In this document: one piece after another, positions 28,901 through 36,574 of the stretch
Layout: each line of letters starts with the position of its first letter
Numbering within the stretch: position 1 is the stretch's first letter
Source of the DNA: Candidatus Thorarchaeota archaeon
GTDB lineage: Archaea > Asgardarchaeota > Thorarchaeia > Thorarchaeales > Thorarchaeaceae
Length of the DNA: 43,016 nt
Assembly: GCA_016840855.1 (NCBI GenBank)
Contig: JAEORO010000011.1
Span: forward strand, 1 to 43,016
Direction: 5' to 3'
Translations under genes and position numbers: made by a program
The notes under the pieces: model-generated
Database searches by the model: none
The model's input: only the letters and a program-made list of their open reading frames with translations
Told to the model about the DNA's origin: nothing

Positions 28901-29737
28901 TGTTTTTGGTAACCAGAAATTCAATGGGACTGGGTGAAGGACTGTACTAGGATTCCTTGACCAGTACATTTGAATCAACATTGAGTAGTCAACAACATTG
29001 CCATTTGGATCAATTAGCTCATGCGTAAGAATCTCAGGTCCAGTCCAATTGAATCGGCCCTCTATCCACCCAGCCCACGGGGCTGGTGTAAAGGTGATGC
29101 TTGAAGGAGTGCCTGGAGAAACAGTTCCACCAAACTCAATTGTTTCAGATGCTTGATTTTGAAAAGTATGACTGGCTGCTCCAGTTATTATCGTTGGTGT
29201 AACAAAATCATCTTTCAAAAGTCCAATAACTGCTGTAGAGCTACTACTCCAAGCATTAGCAGCCAAAAGTGATGCAATTTCAGCTGCAGTTGTCCCTGTA
29301 ATTCTAGGATATATTTTCGCACCGATATTATGTTGTAAATCAGCAAGGTAATTCTCAGAAAAATCACCGACAGAGATGGCTTGTGTAATCCCGCCATCAG
29401 GACCTAGATACTCAGACCAGTCTTCCAGCAGCCAAGCTTCGCTCTCAGAATCTTCACTGTAAATAATGGGTGATATGTATTGAGTGCCGTTAAAGTAGAA
29501 GATTGATGTAGGGACTGCAGCCATGTATGCAAATTCATCAATAAGTGAGCTAGGATTTGGTGAAACAAATGCAACCCGCGATAATGGAATCTGATTTGAT
29601 GGTATGTCACTCACGATGTGACCATTGGGCAGCGATTCAAATCTAGAAATGATGAGAGAGCTTGGTATCGGACTCAATGTTCCAAACATAAGAACTACAA
29701 CTAGAATCGATAGTATCTTGTTTCTAGATCTGATCAT
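25925..29737 (-). CDS. Large membrane-anchored surface protein with a C25 (gingipain)-like peptidase domain
   Basis: Signal-like N-terminus from ATG 29737 (AGGAGTG RBS), PPC-like LTWDNAATDLNLALIDPNG, STHG...ITACL...FGDPS, C-terminal TM plus basic tail. Confidence 0.7.
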   Translation of the reverse strand: MIRSRNKILSILVVVLMFGTLSPIPSSLIISRFESLPNGHIVSDIPSNQIPLSRVAFVSPNPSSLIDEFAYMAAVPTSIFYFNGTQYISPIIYSEDSESEAWLLEDWSEYLGPDGGITQAISVGDFSENYLADLQHNIGAKIYPRITGTTAAEIASLLAANAWSSSSTAVIGLLKDDFVTPTIITGAASHTFQNQASETIEFGGTVSPGTPSSITFTPAPWAGWIEGRFNWTGPEILTHELIDPNGNVVDYSMLIQMYWSRNPSTVLHPVPLNFWLPKTADGLWTMNITSDAVFDSTTLDNEVISHPGYTETVTVPSNAKWLNVSLTWDNAATDLNLALIDPNGRLSMWAPAGSILSNPGREVINLPYPAAGDWTIIAAWLNANQEQNNINLSWSISRLPSDLQSYMESAANAAVLASLLNAPLLYVYANQIPSETDWALNRLGVSTIYLVDPSNIQDAGLPALLSSYGALINLFSYSLVTSTIKSISGSHDVVVTVPVSDDNEFFAPAAFSAAAHGSPVFSLCGNNNELTTRAQETWAPYLIGPEINNIYVINKYENRAENGWYDERIPNKFSMMESEARFETFLSSRGAYNSTSSQSIVVISPASLVPLSFDRSLQTHFNPGRIPATSSTMASVLIARGLLHRFLFRSANQADTSLVSMYAYTDGDTFVDNDYNYPLLYQIENTTTPLEAAGFSIESHVGQNEVFQTLDSQVAFWSLSTHGTLTVLPRDPPDRPNGVGFFSLRSTDAPYGFEVSVEVRESPTDYDKLVNPVQFSAELANHVTKSTHELEAAIGNIGSPIVIITACLLGGTELPLMLMEHGAVAVTAAPRTVYFRPAGMLSVLLTQSLCEGSTISEALSEGLRTTSIDYSDPLVGRDPRDYANQQILFGDPSIRLYEPSSYPHVPATNPLTSSFDTHIPGQGIGVVAALGSSSYLPSILASLGIAFDYYEVTNYSEFIQFLPLRQVVLVEPDTLPELGSSLSSSSSVLYSFVRNGGILEIFGVSDSLSWLPWPVSYQSGPSGTSITYVDSTHPLLNSPNILSSSVNYSGHFSSVWVNLSILATDGTNPVFVAGSVGSGKLALSTTFPSVSNGSATIENAVFWRSVPSITVESIELSERIIWAGDVVQIMIRLTDIVGNNIEAATFALWLNSSQITVQELTDGLYVAILDAEWTGQNIGLFDIHIAASKIGHDTLTLTIDKFVLVRPFPFLMLGILGGGVVVVIGGWIYLKKRRGESIGWKRDSTPQDKRKEAEQKKEDSKSNVKEFFGV

Positions 29738-29838
29738 ATGGGGCGCACTCCTTAAGGATTCAAGATGATGAAGAGAATTTACTAAATAGAGTTTTCCCGT
29801 GGAAAGCACCAATGATTCAAAGTGCTCTTTATAGCGGT

Positions 29839-30705
29839 CTATTCATCATCCTGAAACTCTAGAAGGTCCTCATCAAAATCATCATCGTCGCCTTCATCAG
29901 GTTCTGTTTCTTCTGGTAAGGCGTCCAAAAGTTCGTCAATCACCCTCCGCAACCTACGACGCGTGCTTTTTGGAACATCCCACATCTTTTGTTCTGCACG
30001 CTCAAGAACCTCTCTAGCTATGTCAAATATCTCAGATTCATAGTAGTATTGTGCAGCTTCAACGAAGAGTTCAGCTGCTTTCTTCTGATTACCTGAGGTT
30101 TCAGCAATGTCTCCTAGTAGTGAACATGCATCAGCAATACCAGACTTGTCATCAATATCACGATAGACCTTCAAGGCTTTCTTGATTGTAGATTCTGCTT
30201 CAGTCCAATTTTCTTTGTCGACATAAGCCGCGCCCATATCCATAATTACGCTCGCGACACCTTGCTCATTTTCAAGTGTTTTGTAAGCTCGCTGTGCTTT
30301 CTTGAAGTGCTCCATTGCATCATCAAAGCTACCCTGACCTAAACTTGCCAAAGCAAGACCATAAATAGCGTCAGCAGCCCCACTACTATTAGATGACTTC
30401 TCAAACATCTTTCTCGCTGATTCAAGTGTGTTAATTGCTTCGTTCCACTGTTCTAGGTTAATCTGTGCAACACCCAGATTATACATTGTGTCACAGATTC
30501 CTGTTTCATCCTTCAGCTCCTGGTAAATCTTCAATGAGTCTTCGAAGCATTTGTGAGCCTCCTCGAACTCTGCGACAGACATGTATAAGTTACCAACTGC
30601 GTTGAACATTTTTGCTGCTGTGTCTTTATCTCCAGCTTCCAAAGCCTCAGCGGCTTGCTCCAAAATCTCAGCTGGATCAACGTCATCGAAATCATCTTCG
30701 GTCAT
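29839..30705 (-). CDS. Tetratricopeptide repeat protein with acidic termini
   Basis: About five 40-aa TPR units (NAVG/YNLG/YGLA/MDMG/SLLG); ATG 30705 behind AGGTGA. Confidence 0.88.
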   Translation of the reverse strand: MTEDDFDDVDPAEILEQAAEALEAGDKDTAAKMFNAVGNLYMSVAEFEEAHKCFEDSLKIYQELKDETGICDTMYNLGVAQINLEQWNEAINTLESARKMFEKSSNSSGAADAIYGLALASLGQGSFDDAMEHFKKAQRAYKTLENEQGVASVIMDMGAAYVDKENWTEAESTIKKALKVYRDIDDKSGIADACSLLGDIAETSGNQKKAAELFVEAAQYYYESEIFDIAREVLERAEQKMWDVPKSTRRRLRRVIDELLDALPEETEPDEGDDDDFDEDLLEFQDDE

Positions 30706-30829
30706 TAGGCTCACCTAAATCATCAACGGTTCCGGGCTATATCGCTTTTGATTCTTTCTGAACGACCTAATGAATCATATCGGTGCCTATGGAAAAAGCG
30801 CGTGATAGAGAAAAATGACTGAAATTTGA

Positions 30830-31531
30830 CTATCGAGGCATCAAAAGCACAGGATTCTCAAGGAGAGGTCTCACAGAGTCCTTTACGAAGAACTGCTCAT
30901 CACCTACTTGGACTTCTAAAAGCTTTCTCAACTCAAATCGACGTAGGTATCCTACAGCTTGCTCACGTTCTAAATTCAAATCTTTCATCAATTTACTCAA
31001 GCCTTTTTTATCGCCACTGAATTGAGCAAATTTACTAAACACCGAACTCCATTGCATCATAACAAGATAGAGAAGTGTTCGAAGCATACTATCAACATTT
31101 TCGCCAGTTTTTGCTGAAACAGGGAATACTGGAAGACCTGCAAGGAATCTTAGATTTCTTCTCAGCTGATCAATTGGTCTCGACTCTGGAACGTCCTGTT
31201 TATTTGCTGCAACTACACACGGCACACCGGGCAGGAAGAACGCAATTTCTCTGAAGAATAGTTTAGCTCGTGCATCAGATTCAGGATCGACAGAATCGAC
31301 GACAAAGATAATTCCATCAGCACCTTCGCTTAGAATTTTTCGCATTGTACGGAACCGTAGTAAGCCAGGAGTACCAAACATGAAGACATTCAATCCATCC
31401 ACATTTGCCAGACCATGATCCATTGCAATTGTAGTGCCCCTACGCTCAACATTAATGCATGCACCATTAGTAATATGATGAATCATCTGGCTTTTGCCTG
31501 CTTCATAGGGACCTGTCACAACAATCTTCAT
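30830..31531 (-). CDS. Small GTPase of the group-2 MglA/CvnD-like type with C-terminal extension
   Basis: KIVVTGPYEAGKS, TTIAMDHG, FGTPG, NKQD, SAKTG. Confidence 0.88.
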   Translation of the reverse strand: MKIVVTGPYEAGKSQMIHHITNGACINVERRGTTIAMDHGLANVDGLNVFMFGTPGLLRFRTMRKILSEGADGIIFVVDSVDPESDARAKLFFREIAFFLPGVPCVVAANKQDVPESRPIDQLRRNLRFLAGLPVFPVSAKTGENVDSMLRTLLYLVMMQWSSVFSKFAQFSGDKKGLSKLMKDLNLEREQAVGYLRRFELRKLLEVQVGDEQFFVKDSVRPLLENPVLLMPR

Positions 31532-31835
31532 GCAATCACCAAATCCTGAATCCGAATATGTATCTCAAATCCGTGTGTTTCCAGTATTCTTACGCTCATT
31601 ATAAGGTTTGTAGTGCTGTTGTTGGTCTAGCAAGTGTAGGCGCTTAACACGATACGCAGACTAACACTCGAGGTAGAAGTAGAAATCATGAATTATTTCC
31701 TTAAGAAGAATAGAACCATTTACAAAAGAAATACAGACCCAGCATCATTGGATTCCTGAAATGTGTATTACCGATTAGATTATATCGACAAAACACGAAC
31801 TATTATGTGAAAATATAAAAAAGAGTGATTTTGTA

Positions 31836-32000
31836 ATGTTGGAAACCAAGGCTGAGAAAATTGATGAATTTTGGCTATTTCATGATATTAATGAAAAAGA
31901 AACCATGGAACTTCGTAAATTCATTGATCCAGAGCTTGACCTGAAACCATTGAAAGATATTATGGAACTTTTCGACAAAATCCACGCCTTCTTCAAATAA
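31836..32000 (+). CDS. 54-aa small protein (below the ORF-track cutoff)
   Basis: MLETKAEKIDEFWLFHDINEKETMELRKFIDPELDLKPLKDIMELFDKIHAFFK*, GAGTGA RBS, tandem TAA TAG stops. Confidence 0.6.
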   Translation: MLETKAEKIDEFWLFHDINEKETMELRKFIDPELDLKPLKDIMELFDKIHAFFK

Positions 32001-32008
32001 TAGAGTAA

Positions 32009-32087
32009 GAGACCAGCCGCTTGCGGCGGCAATCCTCAAACATGGTTCCCAGAGGGTTTACCATTGTTCTCACGGGAATTCGGTCTC
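32009..32087 (-). promoter_or_regulatory. Eukaryote-type (form 2) SECIS element of selD
   Basis: GUGA-GAACAAUGGU-AAA-CCC-UCU-GGG-A-ACCAUGUUU-GA: RUGA/GA core, helix II, unpaired AAA, mini-stem; outer helix GAGACCG/UGGUCUC. Confidence 0.82.
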
Positions 32088-33116
32088 GATAAACTGAACT
32101 TCTTGTGCAAGACACGCACAAGGTGATCCTTTAGCTTTTGTAACTCTACCAACAGGCCAACAGGGAAGATTTCTCTTTCCAAGGAAGTCACGAAACACTT
32201 CTTCTTTGCGAGGTTCCAAGAATACAAGCATCCCGCCTGCGGTTTCAGCACCAAAACCAGATGCAAGCTTGTGGCCATAGAACTCTGCTAGTTGAAGAGT
32301 GCCACGGATTACAGGGATTTGATTTATGACTACATCGACACCACTGAGGGAGCTCACATTTCCTGCGTGTCCGAGTAAACCGAATCCTGTTATATCAGTC
32401 GCAGCATGCACTCCGACATCACGCATCGCCTGAGCGACCTCAAGATTGCTGCAAGTCATCAATCGTACCGCAACATCCTGTATTCTTTTCAAATCAGACT
32501 CTTTGAATTTGGATAAGAGTGCATCACGATTCTCATCCTTGAGGTCCCTATATGATCTCATTGCTGATTGTATACCCAATGGTTTTGTCAAGAGAACAAC
32601 ATCTCCGACTTCAGCACCATGTGAATAGACAATTTCATTTGGATGGGCAACACCAAGTGCAATCCCACCAAACACTGGAACAGGATTCGATATCGTTTGA
32701 CCACCAGAGAGCTTTGCGTTATGGCGTTCCATAAAATGCTTCATTCCCTTGAGGACTCCAACGACAATCTCTTCAGGTAATTCTTTTGGATAAGCAAGAA
32801 ACGCCTGAAGCGATATTACATCGGTTACACCCATTGCAAAGACATCATTGGTAGCATTACAAGCAATAATCTCTCCCTGAATGAATGGGTCATCATGGAT
32901 AGGTGTGAAGATGTCTACATTCTCCACAATAGCCACATCATCACTGATAACCCTGACAACAGCATCCTCGCCAATTTCATCAGCTGTCTTCGATCCTGAT
33001 GGAAGTAAGTTTGCTATTTGAAGAAGACGAGTGAGATCACCCTGTTTGACCTTGCAGCTTCAGCCATGAGAAGTTACCATTGCAGTAAGTCGAACTTCCG
33101 GCACTCGGTGACTCAT
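32070..33116 (-). CDS. selD: Selenophosphate synthetase, selenocysteine-containing
   Basis: Frame continues upstream of the tracked ORF: MSHRVPEVRLTAMVTSHG-U(TGA 33060-33062)-SCK...GEDA...; also NDVFAMG, GGQT, LTKPLG, TDITGFGLLGH, ETAGG; start could be GTG 33104. Confidence 0.93.
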
Positions 33117-33254
33117 CCTCCTGTATTCTTTAAGGCAGTTCTGCCCAGCCTCCTTCTGTATGAAGCGAGTAATAAGATTCTGGGTTATTCATACTTCATA
33201 ATCCTTATAGCCAAAATAACAAACCGATGCGTAATTCTGCGAGTGTGATTCGAT

Positions 33255-34700
33255 TTGGATATTAAGAAAGTTTCTGAGAACATCCACGAAATCCCAAAAA
33301 CCGCCCAACAATGTATGAAGGTTCCAGTGACTATCTTTGCTTCAGATGACCTTGTCCGGAAAATGAAGCAAGATGCGACATTTCAACAAGCAGCCAACGC
33401 TGCCTGCCTGCCAGGAATCTATAAACACAGCATAGTACTGCCGGATGGACATCAGGGATACGGATTCCCTATTGGTGGGGTAGCGGCCACTGATTACGAA
33501 TCAGGCGTGATATCTCCCGGAGGAGTTGGGTACGACATTAATTGTGGTGTGAGGATACTGCGGACAAATCTTGATGAGAGTGACATTCGACCCAAACTCC
33601 GAGCTCTAATCGATCAACTCTTTGAAGATGTGCCTACTGGTGTTGGTAAGCAGGGAAAGATTGACTTGAGAAACCATAGAGGGGTTGATGATGTTCTTGC
33701 AAATGGTTCAGAATGGGCAATTGAACAAGGATATGGTTGGGAAGAAGATATAGCCCATCAAGAAGCAAATGGAAAACTCGAAATTGCTAATCCATCTGAT
33801 GTTCCAGATTCCGCTAAGAATCGAGGTCTCAAACAGAGTGGCACACTAGGATCAGGGAATCACTTTCTAGAGATACAAGTAGTTGATGATATCTATGACG
33901 ACGAAGCTGCTAAACTTATGGGTATCACTCGAAAGAAACAGGTTATGGTTATGATACATAGTGGGTCTCGTGGTCTTGGACATCAGGTATGTTCCGAATA
34001 CATCAAGATAATGACTCAAGCAATGAGAAAGTACAATATTGATGTTCCAGATCGAGAATTATGTAGTGCACCTACAACATCTCCAGAAGGACAGGCATAT
34101 TTGGGTGCAATGAGTGCAGCAGCAAATTATGCGTTTGCAAATCGACAAGCGATGACGCACTGGACAAGAGAAACATTTGGGAAGATAATGGGAAGCACTC
34201 CTGAGGATTTGGATATGGCTCTCATTTATGATGTTGCCCATAATATGGGAAAAGTTGAAACACATGAGATAGATGGAAAGAAGACCAAAGTTGTGGTTCA
34301 TAGAAAAGGTGCTACGCGTGCCTTTCCATCGGGACATCCGGACATACCTGTGAAATATCGAGATGTCGGCCAGCCAGTTATTATCCCAGGAACAATGGGT
34401 ACTGCATCCTACATTCTCATCGGAAATCAAAAGGCGATGGATTTGACCTGGGGTTCAACAGCACATGGTGCAGGCAGGTTTCTCAGCCGTGCAAAGGCAA
34501 AGAAACGATTCTTTGGAAGAGAGGTGCAAGAAGGACTCGCAGAAGAAGGAATAATTGTGAGAGCAACTAAGGGCATCGTAATTGCTGAGGAAGCTCCTGG
34601 CGCATACAAAGACGTTGATGAAGTCGTGAAAGTTTCTGATGCGGTAGGTATAGCTACTAAAGCTGTAAGGTTAAGACCCATTGGTGTCATTAAAGGTTGA
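33255..34700 (+). CDS. rtcB: tRNA-splicing ligase RtcB
   Basis: PDGHQGYGFPIGGV, GYDINCG, GTLGSGNHFLE, HSGSRG, HRKGATRA, HGAGR, EEAPGAYK. Confidence 0.96.
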   Translation: MDIKKVSENIHEIPKTAQQCMKVPVTIFASDDLVRKMKQDATFQQAANAACLPGIYKHSIVLPDGHQGYGFPIGGVAATDYESGVISPGGVGYDINCGVRILRTNLDESDIRPKLRALIDQLFEDVPTGVGKQGKIDLRNHRGVDDVLANGSEWAIEQGYGWEEDIAHQEANGKLEIANPSDVPDSAKNRGLKQSGTLGSGNHFLEIQVVDDIYDDEAAKLMGITRKKQVMVMIHSGSRGLGHQVCSEYIKIMTQAMRKYNIDVPDRELCSAPTTSPEGQAYLGAMSAAANYAFANRQAMTHWTRETFGKIMGSTPEDLDMALIYDVAHNMGKVETHEIDGKKTKVVVHRKGATRAFPSGHPDIPVKYRDVGQPVIIPGTMGTASYILIGNQKAMDLTWGSTAHGAGRFLSRAKAKKRFFGREVQEGLAEEGIIVRATKGIVIAEEAPGAYKDVDEVVKVSDAVGIATKAVRLRPIGVIKG

Positions 34701-35618
34701 AATTTTAGCCCTTTCACGTGAAGCAATATCAGCTAACACCATTGCAATACCAATCAATATTACCATGAATCCGATGATAGTAATTGGTCCCGGTATCTGA
34801 AGGAAGATCAATGCAGCTAAAATAGCAGCCCCTATTGGTTCTCCAAGTACTGCTGACGAAACAACATATGCTGGCACCTTTGTCAACAGGTAGTTATTGA
34901 CAGAATGTCCAAGTACTGTTGGGAATATTGCTAGTGCAATGAAGATTACTACTTCTTTCGGTTCAAACACGAGTATGTTCAAATCAAACATGACGCATAT
35001 TGGTACTGTGAATAGCGCGGCTATAAAATAGATGATTGTGGTGTAAACCGTAATTGGCATATCTTTGGCAAATCTTCGACCTCCGATAAAATATAGAGCC
35101 AGAAACACAGCACCTGAAAGAGCAAGAAGGTCTCCACCCAATGCAAGAACTCCACTACCTCCAAAGTCCCCCCAAGCGAGAAATACTGCACCAAATAGAG
35201 CAATCACTATTCCAACCCATGATCTTCTTCGCAAAGCTTCACCCAGAAATATTGTAGATAAAATTGCTGTGAAAATTGGAGATGAGTCAACTAGGACCAC
35301 ACTTGCAGCAACTGTTGTCATGGAGAGAGATTGAAACCAAGTGCAAAAATGAAGAGACAATGTAATCCCAATTGCGATTAACCAATAATAATTCTCTTTG
35401 GTGACAGACTGTCTTAATGTTTTGAAATCACCTCTTGCGGCTCCTATCGAAGCCATGAATAAAGCTCCATACATAGTTCTCCAAAAGACTTTCACAAAGG
35501 CATGAGATGAACTGAAGAGAATAAGGATACTCGCACTTGAAACCATCGTGACTGATAGAATTAGCAACGGAATGATTTGCCGTCTGCTGCTGGATGGATC
35601 AATAAGGGACTCAGCCAT
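34671..35618 (-). CDS. DMT/EamA family transporter
   Basis: About 10 TM helices, SSPIF...FLGE, GDLLAL, LGEPI; 30-nt convergent overlap with rtcB. Confidence 0.88.
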   Translation of the reverse strand: MAESLIDPSSSRRQIIPLLILSVTMVSSASILILFSSSHAFVKVFWRTMYGALFMASIGAARGDFKTLRQSVTKENYYWLIAIGITLSLHFCTWFQSLSMTTVAASVVLVDSSPIFTAILSTIFLGEALRRRSWVGIVIALFGAVFLAWGDFGGSGVLALGGDLLALSGAVFLALYFIGGRRFAKDMPITVYTTIIYFIAALFTVPICVMFDLNILVFEPKEVVIFIALAIFPTVLGHSVNNYLLTKVPAYVVSSAVLGEPIGAAILAALIFLQIPGPITIIGFMVILIGIAMVLADIASRERAKISTFNDTNGS

Positions 35619-35622
35619 AGCT

Positions 35623-36123
35623 CTACACCGTTGCCTGATGACCGCCAGTCCCACACCCAATGCACTTCAAACCTTCTTCGAGCGCTTCTGCAACTTGGGC
35701 ATCACAAACGGGACATTTCTGAACAATTAGACTCTCGAGATTATGTGAACGAAGTTTCTTTTCAACATCATCAAGAGTTCCGTATTCAATGAGTACCGTA
35801 CCATCCGCACCACGAACCATTTTTGATAACGATTCAAGCTCACCATTAAAGAACATCAACACTGGTTTCATAAGTTCAATCGCAAGCATAATCTCCATTC
35901 CTACTCCCAACGACGGATTAGATACCTCAGCAATCACAAAATCACAGAGTCGGACATTAGCAACATCTCGTCTGTAGATTTCTTCTGGCGCAGCAGGACC
36001 AAGGAATTGAGGTGCAAAGACATTATGACCTAATTCTTCCAGTAAAGTTAGAACATGACTGCAAAAATCATCTTTCCTTGAAGACTTCCTAATAATTGGA
36101 GCTGAGAGATAAGCTAGAGCCAT
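35623..36123 (-). CDS. Nucleoside 2-deoxyribosyltransferase/RCL-like protein with C-terminal zinc ribbon
   Basis: YLSAPI, IYRRD, AEVSNPSLGVGMEI, SKMVRG; CPVC...CIGC. Confidence 0.85.
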   Translation of the reverse strand: MALAYLSAPIIRKSSRKDDFCSHVLTLLEELGHNVFAPQFLGPAAPEEIYRRDVANVRLCDFVIAEVSNPSLGVGMEIMLAIELMKPVLMFFNGELESLSKMVRGADGTVLIEYGTLDDVEKKLRSHNLESLIVQKCPVCDAQVAEALEEGLKCIGCGTGGHQATV

Positions 36124-36153
36124 TTCAGAGCCTCTTGCATAAAGATTCTAAAT

Positions 36154-36516
36154 TTAATGATCTTCATGATACATAGGTTCTGTTGATGAACCCAGTTCTG
36201 AAATAGAAGGAACACTTCCATCATCAACAAGAATCTCATATCTGCCAGAACGTCCGAGAGATAGTTGTATTTGACCCCTCCATTCTTTAGCCCAACCATC
36301 AATTATCTTAATCACTTTTCCAGCTGAGAGATCGGAACCTTCACCAAATCCCCAGAGGGAAAGGATCGTGGATCCGGTATCATCTGCTATCAGTACCTCA
36401 GTGAGTTGTGTCTTTCTGCCTGTTTTTGTGTTTATCATTTTAGGAGGTGCAACTGAAACAATACGGACAACCAAATCAGTTACATTCTTGCCAGCTTCAA
36501 CATCTGATAATTTCAA
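36154..36516 (-). CDS. ssb: Single-OB-fold single-stranded DNA-binding protein
   Basis: IADDTGS...LSLW...GKVIKI..GWAKEWRGQIQLSLGRSG, crenarchaeal SSB/SOSS-B-like. Confidence 0.82.
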   Translation of the reverse strand: MKLSDVEAGKNVTDLVVRIVSVAPPKMINTKTGRKTQLTEVLIADDTGSTILSLWGFGEGSDLSAGKVIKIIDGWAKEWRGQIQLSLGRSGRYEILVDDGSVPSISELGSSTEPMYHEDH

Positions 36517-36574
36517 ACCGTTTCCCTATTATTTACCAAACACACAAGCAAATCAGTCTTTCCGATTGTCAAAT

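Noticed and set aside
31688-31759. 23-codon ORF MNYFLKKNRTIYKRNTDPASLDS
   Set aside because: Very short, AT-rich, no recognisable features
32058-32072. Second Sec by read-through of the selD terminal UGA
   Set aside because: Would add only U-E-Q-W before UAA, and the codon lies inside the SECIS core
32070-32936. selD as a truncated gene or pseudogene
   Set aside because: The TGA sits at the Sec position and a SECIS is present
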